From assembly GCA_951406725.2 (NCBI GenBank), contig OX597826.1, positions 54,312,001 to 54,376,000 of the forward strand: a stretch of 64,000 bases of DNA, read 5' to 3'. The notes under the pieces were generated by a model. It saw only the letters and a list, made by a program, of their open reading frames with translations. It was not told where the DNA came from and made no database searches. The DNA is from Octopus vulgaris. Taxonomy: Eukaryota. Position 1 is the stretch's first letter. Each line of letters starts with the position of its first letter. Positions 13,931-25,941 of the stretch are shown here, piece by piece. The position numbers and the translations under genes were made by a program.

Positions 13931-14834
13931 CTGACAGATTTGTAAGTAGATAAACAGAGAGGCAAGGAGAGAGAGAATTAAAGAGTGTGCAAAATATATG
14001 TAATCTCAAAAGAAACAAATTCAATATAAAGAATGCATTAAAATGCGTTAAAGGACGTGCGTGCGTAAATGGAGATATCTTGAGAAATATAGAATATATC
14101 TGTTCCTTCATTATAAAGTTGAGCATCGTGCTCAGAATGATAAATACGAACAGTATTTTGGTTAAAAACATCTCCATCCTATCTAAAATTTATTACTCCA
14201 AATGCTTAATGGAAGAAAAAGAAGAACTCAAGTATTTCATTAGAAGAATGAAATGAAGTACTTACGTAATTGAGAAGGGCACGCATTAGAGAGATGATAC
14301 TAATAAGTTCGAATGTTTTTAAGGTTTAGGGAATAAACTCTCAAGTTTAAAAAGAGCTAAAGAAGTTCGAAACATATCTCTGTAATTTGGCAAAAAGAAT
14401 AAAATTCTTGAAGTTTTATAATAGCTTTAAAAAAATCTTGAAATAAAAACTCAATTGCTTTACGTGATTCTGAAAAAAATATATCTTTGTCTCATCGGTT
14501 GAAACCAAAATCCTTTATGGCGTTGATAAAAGCACAGAAAAGGAAGCACTATTCAGTAACATCACCAATATTTATAAAATAATTGGTCACCATTACACAC
14601 GCTTCTATTATCCTTGAGGCTTAAGATATTGCTGCAGCTCTTAACACAGGGAACAGAGTAGAATTAACGTAAATTGTTCCGTTGGTGTATGTTGATTTTT
14701 AGGATATCATTCTTCTGTTTAGTATGAACATATGTAGGCGGAACAATGAATTTTGCCTGAAGAGCTATGTTATGGCGAAACTAGTAGTTTTAATATAGAG
14801 TGTAGTACCTAGGTATTAATAAATAATAGATTTC

Positions 14835-15275
14835 AAAGAAGATATGCAGTGATATATATATGGAAGATACTGGAAGGACTGGTACCAAACTTTGGAATAA
14901 AAGAGCTATACCAGACCACGAACAGGACGTCACTGTGCAGTCCCCACTGTGCCGACTGCTTCATCTCGGGCAAGGACGATGTACTGCAATAGCTTGGGTT
15001 TCAAGGGCCCACAGCTGTTTAACTGTCTGCCGAAGCATTTGAGGAGCCTTCATATAGTGGATGTAGACGTTTTCAAACGTGAACTTGACCTCTGGCTCGC
15101 CGAGATCTTGGATGAGCCAATATCTAAGCAAGAAACTCAAAAGAGGGCAGTAGCATCGAACTCCATCCTTCACCAGAAGCCGCCCCAACAAAGGTGGAAA
15201 GTGGAAAGAAGATTACAATGGCGGTGCTCCAGCATGGCCACAGTCATTGGACTGAAACATATAAGAGAAGAAGAG
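14835..15275 (+). mobile_element. 3' end of a CR1/L2-group LINE
   Basis: RRYAVIYIWKILEGLVPN.../YCNSLGFKGPQLFNCLPKHLRSLHIVDVDVFKRELDLWLAEILDEP (conserved ORF2 C-terminus); 3' tail GGCGGTGCTCCAGCATGGCCACAGTC..GACTGAAAC. Confidence 0.85.
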
Positions 15276-15299
15276 AATGAGAATATATTTGAAAAAGAA

Positions 15300-15930
15300 A
15301 GCGTATATTGAAGTTAAAACTCATTTCAAAGAATTTGATAAATGCAATCAACATGTAAGGCAATTGCCGCAGTGTGTTGTAAGGTTAGAACTGCAAATTG
15401 TACGAGAGACGGAATATACAGAAAATCAAGGAAAAAACCTTTAAATGTTAATCAACCATTACTTTGCTGAAAGTGAAGAATAACGGCTTAGCAAGAAACA
15501 ATATTACTAAGACTTGCTGGTGTTAAAACTGAAAAGAAGTAGGATAGCTTGCGAAAGAAAGGAAGCGCTAGAGAAACTACCGTTAGCTCCTCGGAGACAC
15601 CAAGAATGTGAAAAACCATTAATCATCATGGAAGTGTCACCGGAGGAAAGATTTGGAGAGAGAGAGAAATGGAGAATTTGTTGGTAGCTGCAGAGAAGTA
15701 AGTACTAAATAAAAATTCAGTAAATAAGGATATTTATTGCCCCACTGCAACAAATAAATGCTGTTTAAGTAATCAACAAATGGAAAACATTGATCATTTT
15801 GTAGCATCTTGTAAAATATTAGCTTAGAAAGAATACAAGCAATGGCATGATGAGGTCTGTCTTAATTTGCATTGGTCATCCATCAAAATATTTGGATACA
15901 ACATTTCGGACAAGTGGTGGAATCATGTAT
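15300..15930 (+). mobile_element. Decayed R4/Dong-clade LINE fragment (Zn-knuckle region)
   Basis: C.L.NQQMENIDHFVASCKILA.KEYKQWHDEVCLNLHWS..KIFGYNISDKWWNH at ~15760-15928. Confidence 0.75.
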
Positions 15931-16070
15931 TAAATAAAGGTTCTAAATCAGAGATTCTCAAAGTTTTTGGGCCACCGCCCCACTCATGGCCACATAATAC
16001 CCCCAGCACCCCAACCCTATTTTTATGTATAGATATATATTTTATATTTTACTAACTTATATATATATAC

Positions 16071-16909
16071 TACGAGCAAAACGCCCCCACCCGCCGTCCA
16101 ATGGACGGTGCTGTGTTGTCAAACATTTAAACCAAATTTTCTCAAAACAACTTGTCCTATGGGACGGTCGGACAAGTTGTTTTGAGAAAATTGATTTAAC
16201 CTAAATTTGAGAGGCCAGCAAAAGAAGAAATAAAGAAAGACTCTTTTTCTATTCCAAAGAAAGACGATTTTATTCACACAAATATGCAACTGAAGAGTTT
16301 AAAGTAACAGTAATGATAAGGCTGTTGACTGGGAGAACACAAACATGGTTTAAACGGTAAGCTTGGCAGGAAAGAAACGTGCCTTTAAGCAGTACAAAAA
16401 CAACAAAAAATGGAAGGTGCAGTTATGTTCAGGTTGACAGAAGAAAAGCAGGACAAAAACGATGCATGTAAATGGGTTAGCGGGAGGTAAATCTAGATGG
16501 AAAAGCATGATGAATTTATGAGAACGTACCTGGGAGAATAATAAGTTTATCCGATAAATCATGTAGGAAATTATCTTGGGGCGATTTTTGATGAAAATTA
16601 AATATACTGCATTTTGTGGCATTATTTCAAGCCAGCCGGCTTTTTTGCGCAACCTGCACGTGCAATTTTTCTCGCGTACGCGTAGTATCGATCGCAACAG
16701 CTGATCTACTTGCGCGTAGAAATGCACGTTCCCACGGCTTTATCGATTGCATTCTCACCTGGAATCGATTTTTGTAATTTTTTCAAGACTTATACACGCC
16801 CTGATACCGTCGGTATCTACATATCAAATTTGAGCGCAATCGGATGGCGGATGCCCGAGATCCTAGAAGACACACACACAGACAGACAGAACGGATTTTA
16901 TATAATAGA
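16071..16909 (-). mobile_element. Non-autonomous Helitron-like element
   Basis: Minus strand begins a|TCTATTATATAAAA followed by a (TGTC)/(TG) microsatellite; the 3' end has a GC-rich hairpin CCGTCCA-t-TGGACGG ~20 nt before a ...GCTCGT terminus; internal perfect 23-bp inverted repeat. Confidence 0.7.
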
Positions 16910-17096
16910 TGAATCATTTGATATTTAATACAATATTATATAATTTGTGTACAATACTATAATAATATTATAAATTCATTGCGTCCCCAAATCCACTGCC
17001 TTCCGCCCAACGCCTCCTTTTTCTCTAACTTCTCCACACCCTTAGGCACCAGCGCCCACTTGGGCCGTCTCAACGGAAAGAAAAAAACCCAGATAG

Positions 17097-17329
17097 ACAT
17101 GGCTGTGTGGTCAAGAAGATCGCTTTGTGGCCACGTGGTTCCGGGTTCAGTCACACTGCGCAGGTCATTTGGGCCAACATATGCCTTAGGGGTGAATTTG
17201 GTAGAAACTGTATGGAAATCCGTCCTATATGTGTGTGTGTGTGTGCATACATACATACATATATATATATAGTAAAAAAAAGGGAGGAGGAGAATTTTGA
17301 TTACCCCACGTGGTGAGTAGTAATGCAAA

Positions 17330-17382
<53 letters not shown>

Positions 17383-17845
17383 GAAGGAAAATGCACACAG
17401 TTTAGATAGTTTTAATATATTTTTTAATGTATTTTATAAGTGAAAGAATATTGTGTTTGTTAACCGGTTTCGCTTTCGCTAATCATAACATTGAAATTAT
17501 TGCAACTTCGTATTTTATGTATGTATGTATGTATGTATGTATGTATGTATGTATGTATGTATGTAGGCATGTATGCATGTATGTATATATGCATGTATGT
17601 GTGTGTGTGTGCACGCACCCATATGTTTGTATGTGTGTGTATACCTGTATCTATGCGTGTGTCTTTCTGCTTGTCTGTGGTTCCATCACATGGTTTGTTT
17701 TCGAACTTAGTGATACGGCAAAAAGGCCGATAAAATAAATTCTAGACTTAAAAAATAAGTACTGGGTGAGATTTTGTTCGACTGAACCATTCAAAGCGGC
17801 GCCCCAGCTTGGCCGCAGTCTAATGACTGAAACAAGTAGAAGAAA
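17097..17845 (+). mobile_element. SINE group D, split by microsatellites and a hammerhead-bearing fragment
   Basis: Head 17097-17230; tail 17690-17845 ending GCGGCGCCCCAGCTTGGCCGCAGTCTAATGACTGAAACAAGTA. Confidence 0.75.
17458..17490 (-). ncRNA. Minimal type-I hammerhead ribozyme motif, A3-U8 core variant
   Basis: Minus strand TGTT-ATGATTA-GCGAAAGC-GAAA-CCG-GTT-AACA: 4-bp stem I, GC-gaaa-GC stem II, palindromic ACCGGT stem III region, GUU cleavage triplet. Confidence 0.65.
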
Positions 17846-18036
17846 GACATCACACGGAACAGCTGGCCCTTAAAACATATGTACAAGAATTCCATAATAT
17901 TTGACTTCCTTCGTACACTTCATATTCCTAGAACGGTACACTCACACAAACGCCATTTGATAAAGAATGAACGTTAGTTTGGAGCAAAATATTAATAAAA
18001 ATTAATAAGATTCGTAATGTGCTGTGAGAAAATAAT

Positions 18037-18255
18037 ATTCTTTTTTACTCTAGGCACAAGGCCCGAAAATTTGGGGAAGGGGGCCAGTCGATTAGATCGA
18101 CCCCAGTACACAATTGTTATTTAATTTATCGACCCCGAAAGGATGAAAGACAAAGTCGACCTCAGCGGAATTTGAACTCAGAACGTAGCGGCAGACGAAA
18201 TACCGCTAAGCATTTCGCCTGGCGTACTAACGTTTCTGCCATCTCGCCACCTTTT
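18037..18255 (-). mobile_element. SINE group A, short-tail variant, near full length
   Basis: Group A head and core; tail (RC) GACTGGCCCCTTCCCCAAATTTTCGGGCCTTGTGCCTAGAG. Confidence 0.9.
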
Positions 18256-18319
18256 TGAGAAAATAATATTGATGGCAATAACAACAATAACAACGACTGA
18301 TAATAATTCCTTTTAGTGC

Positions 18320-18482
18320 ACCAATCTGGTAGAATCGTTAGCATGCCGGGCATGAGGTTCAAAAGCATTTCATTCACCTTTACGTTTTGAGTTCAAATTC
18401 TGCCGAGGTCAGCTTTGCCTTTTATCCTTTTCAATTCAATAAAATAAGTACCAGTTAAACTCTTGGGTTAATGTAATCGATT
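18320..18482 (+). mobile_element. SINE group A (degenerate), inverted relative to the 18037 copy
   Basis: GAATCGTTAGCATGCCGG...GAGTTCAAATTCTGCCGAGGTC...AATAAGTACCAG. Confidence 0.75.
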
Positions 18483-18780
18483 GCATATTTTTTTCGTCTA
18501 CTAACGATTCGGCAAGTTTACTTCAACCACAAGAACAACAACAATAGCAGCAGCTATTACAATAACAACAATAAGGATCTTTTCAAATTTTGGTACAAGG
18601 CCAGCAATTTTAGAGGTAGTGGGTTAGTCGATTACCTCGTTTCCACTAGTTGGCTCGTACATATTTTATCCACCCTGAAAGTAGGGCCGGGTTAAGACCC
18701 ATAGAGTCCTTAAGAACTTAAAAGACTTTTGTGTCCCCGTATACATACATACATACATATATACATACATACATACATAT

Positions 18781-18850
<70 letters not shown>

Positions 18851-18999
18851 GTCGATCAGCCCTTTCACGCTTATTCGTACATTCCACTCTTTGTTCTTTC
18901 GTCCCCCCTCTCTCACATTTCTTTGCCTTCTCTTCTTGCTTACTTTCTTCCACTTTTCATTTCAGTGTCCCTGTCATCTTTTTCTATCCCCTCCTTAAT

Positions 19000-19476
19000 T
19001 TTTCTGTCCCTCTGCCTTTCCTTCTCTTCTCTTCCCACGTGACCGGCGTTCGGCCGAGCCTGATCTTTCTTTCTTTCTTGGTCTGACCATTGTCCGTGCA
19101 ACATCGATATTCCTCCCTCTGTCTGTGAAATCTTGTATCCATGTCGTAAGGCTTCATTTCCACACACACCAGCTTAATTAAATTCTTCCTTAGTCGAAAG
19201 ACCTGTTGTTATATCCTGTTATTTTTTATTGTATTTGTGTAACATTGTCCGTTTTCTTTCCGTCCTTGTTTTTGTATACATTCGCTGCTTTCTTCCAAAG
19301 AATCTAATGCTCTTAGCTTAGGTGTTACGTTGGGACTGGCCATATTGAAGCAATCTCGAGTATAACCAGCCGAAATTGCAAAGATAATCTGGAACTCGAC
19401 CGAGGAAAGAAAACTCAGAATGACTCGTCCTTGTTTTCTTTCTATCGTCTATCTGGATGTTTTTTGATCTTGTCCC

Positions 19477-19478
<2 letters not shown>
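19000..19478 (+). repeat. Interspersed repeat family E, longer copy
   Basis: Reverse complement of the 7303-7510 and 41498-41790 sequence; left boundary uncertain. Confidence 0.7.
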
Positions 19479-19523
<45 letters not shown>

Positions 19524-20135
19524 TCAGTTTTAAAAATGGAAAAAAGCTAACAGTAAGATAGAAAATACTTTTTATATTTGTATACTTCTAGTTTTATTTA
19601 ATTGCAAAGTCTTTTATTAGATCCTCACTTTGTCACAATGAATACTTCGAATTAAGATTTGAACCCTATAGGTAACGAGCCGAAGTAAACACCGCAAGGC
19701 AATTATACCGGCTAACAGTTCTTTAACAATTTTGTCAAATAATGTATTTCAGAATTGTACTGGAATTGTATTGGAGATCGTGTGTTAAAACTAAAATCCA
19801 CCACAGGAAAGAAATTTATGTAAATGCTGTCCTTTTAGCCAGCCATAGTACATTCACTTTTACTTTCGGTGTATCTCTTTATAGTCTCACATACTATATA
19901 AACTGTCAAAAAGTTTTGATACATGTCTACAACCTTGTCACTGACATCATTCCACTGCATTCAGAATTATATCGGTGATCAAGACGCAGACATTGAGTCA
20001 AGATGATTCAACAATTTATTGTATGGAAGACTATTAAGAAATAAAATAAAAATGAATGAGACGCTTTATATAATATATAATATGATATAGTATAATAAAA
20101 CAGAATAAAATACAATACAACATAATATATATATT

Positions 20136-20196
<61 letters not shown>

Positions 20197-20201
20197 TATA
20201 T

Positions 20202-20239
<38 letters not shown>

Positions 20240-21055
20240 TATATTATGTTATATATATATTATCTTATATATCATATATTATATTATATATATATATATT
20301 ATCTTATATATATATAAATATATATTTATACACATGCATACTTAAGTGTGTGTGTATAGTTTTGTAATGGCGAAAATGACTTTCCTACGATGTAATTGTA
20401 TCTATTAGTCTATTAGTATTTGAAAACGAACAAGCAATAACCCAGTTAGTTTCTATATAAGTCAAGACCTTAGTATGTCATATAGATTTTTTTTTCTTTG
20501 TTAGTAAGTAATGTCTAAAAGTAACATTCACTTATAAATGCAACAATTCTCAAAACACCCATCGTCGCCGCCGCAACCACCGCCGCCACCGCCGCCGCCG
20601 TCGTATTCGTCGTCGCCGTCATCGCCGCCATGATCATCATATTCATTGTCATCTTCATTACTACCACGATGATAATGATAATGACGTTAATGCTGCTGCT
20701 GCTGCTGCTGATGATGTTCAAAGTCTGTCTTTTCTTTTCCAATCATTTTCTGAACAATATTTGATCATTCTGTTGCATGACACGGTGACTTTGTGTCTAT
20801 TACTATTTCTCATTTTCCCTCCTTCCTTCCTTCCTTTTTCTTTTCTTTTTTTTTCTTTTTTTTTTTCAGTACATTTACTATACGACTGCAATTGTTATTG
20901 CTGTTGTTCTCGTTGTTATTGTAATTACTATACACATTGTCGGTGTCTTTATTCTTGTTATAATTATATTTGTTATAGTTGCTATTTAATGCCCTTATTA
21001 CTGTTGCCCTGTTTGTTGTGTGCATTAGTGTGTATGCATGTACACACTCATACAC

Positions 21056-21097
<42 letters not shown>

Positions 21098-21139
21098 ATA
21101 TATGTATATATATATGTATGTATATATATATATATATGT

Positions 21140-21225
<86 letters not shown>

Positions 21226-21269
21226 AAATATATATATACACACACACATATATATATACATATATATAC

Positions 21270-21367
<98 letters not shown>

Positions 21368-21734
21368 CTTGCAGGAGCGCTGCACTTCTCGCCATTGAAA
21401 ATTGATCAGCAATGTCTGTGCGATTGGTTCCTACCACGCGCTTACACACCAAAATTCAATAGCAAAAAAAGCCATGTGCTAACCATTGTCTTTCATGCCT
21501 CACAGATAAACCGAGATATTGCTTTTTTTTTTCTTTCTTTCCCGTCTCTGAATGAATGCAAACTCTAGAATTATTAGGTAGATGCATGACATACAAAACT
21601 GTCTTACACAAGGATTCACCACAACAAAGGATATTTACCAAAATAGTGCCGTTAGCTTCGTTTCCACTAATGCCTATCTTTTATATACATCGGTACTGAT
21701 CAGTACTGATATTGGTCTTTTTATTTCCATTTTA

Positions 21735-21876
21735 AATAATGATTATGATGATGATGATGATGATGATGAAGATGATGAAGATGATGACGACGATGATGAT
21801 GATGATGATGATAATAATAATAATAATAACAATAATAATAACAACAACAACAATGAAAATTATAATAATAATAAAA

Positions 21877-21925
<49 letters not shown>

Positions 21926-22131
21926 CAACAATGAAAATTATAATGATAATAAAAATAATAATAATATTAATGATAATAATAATAATGCTAATAATAACAA
22001 TAGTAATATAATTACAATAGTGATGATAATAGTAGTATTAATGATAGTAATAACAGTAATAATAGTGATAATAGTGATAATAATAGCAGTAATAACAATA
22101 ACAATAACAACAACAACAACAACAACAACAG

Positions 22132-22162
<31 letters not shown>

Positions 22163-22190
22163 AATAAAAATAATGATAATAATAATTGCT
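21735..22190. repeat. (GAT)n/(AAT)n/(AAC)n trinucleotide field
   Basis: Direct reading. Confidence 0.95.
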
Positions 22191-22358
22191 ATTCGTATTG
22201 TTCATTTCGTTTTGTCACAGTTTAGCAACGATTTCTCTTAGTTCTCATTAGAATGTTGTTACTGTCCATAAAAAAAAAACGGTCCTCAGGTACAACAAAA
22301 CATCACTACAGCCACCACAACAGCAACAACAATAACAACAACAATAACAGCAACAATC

Positions 22359-22408
<50 letters not shown>

Positions 22409-22608
22409 TGATGCCGTTCATTTTGCTTTCTGTTTTTCTCTCTCAGACTATCAGTGATCTTCCATTAATTCTGGAAAGATGCTGGTGTTGAAAACACCGT
22501 CTAAGAACAAAGGTTCTTTTTGTACATGTCACATTGGTGCACGTCTGGAATAGGTTATCACATTAGTTGTAATATGTGGCCTATAATAATAATAATAGTA
22601 ATAATAAT

Positions 22609-22676
<68 letters not shown>

Positions 22677-22695
22677 TGATGATAATAATAATAAT

Positions 22696-22810
22696 AAAAC
22701 ACTTTCAACACAGTAACCATAAGAGCATCACAGTAAAACTACAGCACATACCCAAGGCACACAGAGCTGCGCTCGGTAAGTGCGGTGAAAACACGTGATA
22801 AAAAATAATA
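22696..22810 (+). mobile_element. Short LINE 3'-end fragment within (AAT)n, probably R4/Dong type
   Basis: Unique ~110-nt insert CCCAAGGCACACAGAGCTGCGCTCGG..GTGAAAACACGTGATAAAAAATAAT flanked by AAT repeats; clade inferred from target context only. Confidence 0.45.
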
Positions 22811-22845
22811 TTGAATAATGATGATGATGATGATGATAATAGTAA

Positions 22846-22921
<76 letters not shown>

Positions 22922-22924
22922 CAA

Positions 22925-23094
22925 ACACAGTTTTCTTATGGTTTCTTAAACATTCACTAGTACAACACTAAGTACAAAACCAAATATATGGCACCATAGA
23001 CATAACACCAGCATGAACTCCCAACTTGTTGTTTCTTGAGGTCTCTGGGTGAGACTTGGAGCCAACTTGTACAAATGTAAAGCAAAAGTCAAAC

Positions 23095-23097
<3 letters not shown>
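22925..23097 (+). mobile_element. Short LINE 3'-end fragment within (AAT)n, probably R4/Dong type
   Basis: ...TTGAGGTCTCTGGGTGAGACTTGGAGCC...AGTCAAACAT-(AAT)n, with AAT repeats on both sides. Confidence 0.5.
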
Positions 23098-23149
<52 letters not shown>

Positions 23150-23151
<2 letters not shown>

Positions 23152-23762
23152 TTTCATTTATTTGCCACAAGGGCAAATGACGAGGCGGGACAATACAGAA
23201 ACAGACATAAAGTGTGGGGATTTACATATAATAAAGAAATGATTAAAAGGAAAATAAAGTATACACAGTATACACTGGCAGAGAAGGGACATATGAATAG
23301 CATACAAAGGTTTAAAAAAGACGTGGCGGGGAGGATGATAGAGATGTGGCCCTCCTAATGCAGGAACGCCTCTAGAGATAATGGAGAACCTCACTGTGCG
23401 AGATTTTCCTGAAATCCTAGGGGAAAGTGCCCTCTCTAATTCCTTCTCTCCGACTCACAGGTCTGCACTAAGAGAAGTACCATACACTCTTGCCATTTTC
23501 GCAACTTTCACCCACCTTTCAATAAACTCACTCGAGGACAGCACTTCCCTCTCTACTCTCAATTTCCTTTCCAAGTGAAAGTTGAAGAAGTCAATGAGAG
23601 CCCTACCAAAGAGGAACGTATCTGTCCTCATGCCTTTCAACCTTGTCCACCAAACTACCTCTTTCGCAACAGCCATCAGGCAAAGGAAAACTGCCTTACA
23701 TGCCCGATTGAAGGCGGTCGGTGGTGCAATAATCACTAGAGACTGGCCGACAGACAGATCCA
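23150..23762 (-). mobile_element. 5'-truncated Tx1/L1-clade LINE (ORF2 C-terminus + 3' UTR)
   Basis: ORF 23455-23766: ...FLCLMAVAKEVVWWTRLK...FFNFHLERKLRVEREVLSSSEFIERWV (AK..IW..R / F..RW motifs); UTR ends GCCCTTGTGGCAAATAAATGAAAT followed by (ATT)n. Confidence 0.8.
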
Positions 23763-24051
23763 TCAATAATTATAATAACAATTATGGTTTCAAATTTTGG
23801 CACAACGCCAGCAATTTCGGGCGAAGGGATAAGTGGAGGTTTACATTGAGTAAAAAGCAGTATCGACAATGCAATAGGTAATATGATGTCAGCAAGAAAA
23901 TTAGTCTGTAATATTGGGAAACTCTACGTAGATGCCCAGAATCGTTCGCAGTTAATTGCCATTCATACCCTCCAATAATCATCTAGAAGATGTGAGATGT
24001 GAATTTTCACTAATATCATCCTTCAGCTGGTAGAGTGCAGTGAGGGCCTGG

Positions 24052-24444
24052 TGGATGGATGGAAGCACTCCGTCGGTTACGACGACGAGGGTTCCGGTTG
24101 ATCCGAATCAACGGAACAGCCTGCTCGTGAAATTAACGTGTAAGTGGCTGAGCACTCCACAGACACGTGTACCCTTAACGTTGTTCTCGGGGATATTCAG
24201 CGTGACACAGAGAGTGACAAGGCCGGCCCTTTGAAATACAGGTACAACAGAAACAGGAAGTAAGAGTGAGAGAAAGTTGTGGTGAAAGAGTACAGCAGGG
24301 ATCACCACCATCCCCTGCCGGAGCATCGTGGAGCTTTAGGTGTTTTCGCTCAATAAACACTCACAACGCCCGGTCTGGGAATCGAAACCGCGATCCTATG
24401 ACCGCGAGTCCGCTGCCCTAACCACTGGGCCATTGCGCCTCCAC
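24052..24444 (-). mobile_element. SINE group C (copy C3), full length, young
   Basis: Complete head and body plus tail GTACCTGTATTTCAAAGGGCCGGCC...CCGACGGAGTGCTTCCATCC; near-identical to 59348-59641. Confidence 0.92.
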
Positions 24445-24560
24445 AATCTACATACCAAAGACTCAACCTCAGTCACTCTTTGACTCTGAACAATCACAGA
24501 CACTGGCTGCTGGATGATGTATCACTCGAAAGACACTCACACATGTTCACTGTTGTCCTC

Positions 24561-24870
24561 GTGGAGGCACATGGCCTAGTGGTTAGAGCAGTGGACGCGC
24601 GGTAGAGGGATCGTGGGTTCGAATCTCAGATCGGGCGATGTGTGTGTTTATGAGCGAAATACCTAAGCTCCATGCGGCTCCGGCAGAAGGTAATGGCGAA
24701 CCTCTGCTGACTCTTTCGTCACAACTTACTCTCACTCTTTCCTCCTGCATCTTGCAGCTCACCTGCGACGGAACCGGCGTCCGGTCCAGGTGGGGAACGT
24801 AAACTCCAAGGAAACCGGGAAATCGGCCCTTCTGAGCCAGGTATGGCTCGAGAAGGAGCAAAGAACAAAA
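24561..24870 (+). mobile_element. SINE group C (copy C4) with V-domain-like 3' module and 12-bp TSD
   Basis: TSD ACTGTTGTC(C/A)TC at 24549-24560 and 24871-24882; tail CCTGCGACGGAACCGGCGTCCGGTCCAGG...GGAAACCGGG...GGCTCGAGAAGG. Confidence 0.9.
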
Positions 24871-24884
24871 ACTGTTGTCATCGT

Positions 24885-25330
24885 CTGCAGACATGTCAGT
24901 CTCACTGTATGATACTGCATAGTTAGTGGGAGGATCCTTAAGATCTCTGCGGAATGGATGTTGGGAGCAGATGGATTCTCTGATGAGTGTAACCTCTGCC
25001 AATCTCAAGAAGTGCATGGACTGTAATTTGGCCAAATGTTTACTGGGACAAGACATGGCATTCAGATGGTAGCGCGTCACCAAAGCAGTGTGAAAATTAG
25101 TCACTTTCACCTCTCTTTCCAGAGATAGTAGGTACGGCTGCGTGGCTAGTTGACGGATTTATGACTTCCCTAACAAATTCTGCGGATTTTAAATTAAGTC
25201 AGCTTTTTCCAGCTAATTTTTCTCTCCCAACTCAATGACAAAGACATCTTGAGAAAGATATTTGCCGTCGGAAGAAATGATGAGGGAAGACCTTATGCAA
25301 GAAGTCCTTTACTGAATATCATTCCTGAAT
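24885..25330 (-). mobile_element. Highly decayed LINE ORF2 fragment, possibly RTE clade
   Basis: Minus strand ...EVKVTNFHTALVT...SKHLAKLQSMH.LR.I resembles the RTE thumb region (TK..VY.A.V...H..KL..FH..CLR.I). Confidence 0.35.
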
Positions 25331-25689
25331 ATCATTTCTCTCCTTCTCTCCTTCTCTCCTTCTCTCTCTCTTTATATCCCGTACCTACAGCCATCGTTGA
25401 CTATTGACCTCCATGCCTTGGTCTGAAGCTCATGACATTTCCTGGGAATGATACTGCAACGGTTTCCCGTTGTTTTCTACCGGTTTATTTGCAGATTGCT
25501 CTACTAGTCTTCTGATTTTCCGAGCTTGAAGCGCAGGCCCTTTTTATTCTTTGGGTAATGGGTCTGTGTCACGTGACATCAACCATCGGAGCATGTCTAT
25601 ACACACGATGAGCTTCTGTGGCACATGTCTGAGTCTTGTATATTGTAGCCGCAAGACCATCTTATTGTATATAACTAATAACTGGGGCC

Positions 25690-25941
25690 TAGTGGAGGCG
25701 CATGGCTTAATGGTTAGGGTGTTGGACTTATGATCGTAAGATTGTGGGTTCGATTCCTGGACCGGACGATACGTTGTGTTCTTGAGCAAAACACTTCGTT
25801 TCACGTTGCTCCAGTCCATTCAGCTGGCAAAAAGGAGCAATCCTGTGACGGACCGGCGTCCCGTCCAGGCTGAGAATTTATACACCATGGAAACCGGAAA
25901 ACCGGTCATTATGAGTCTGCATGACTCGAAAAGGTAACTTT
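25690..25941 (+). mobile_element. SINE group B (CORE-like; copy B1) with perfect 14-bp TSD
   Basis: tRNA-like head plus CORE-like TGTGTTCTTGAGCAAAACACTT; TSD TAATAACTGGGGCC at 25676-25689 and 25942-25955. Confidence 0.92.

Noticed and set aside
13950-14830. Possible further decayed LINE coding sequence
   Set aside because: A-rich and faintly R4-like, but no motif is clear enough to call.
24370-24444. tRNA gene-like sequences (heads of groups A-D)
   Set aside because: Each continues into a shared SINE body and tail, several have TSDs, and I did not see a complete cloverleaf with a terminator; they are SINE heads, not tRNA genes.
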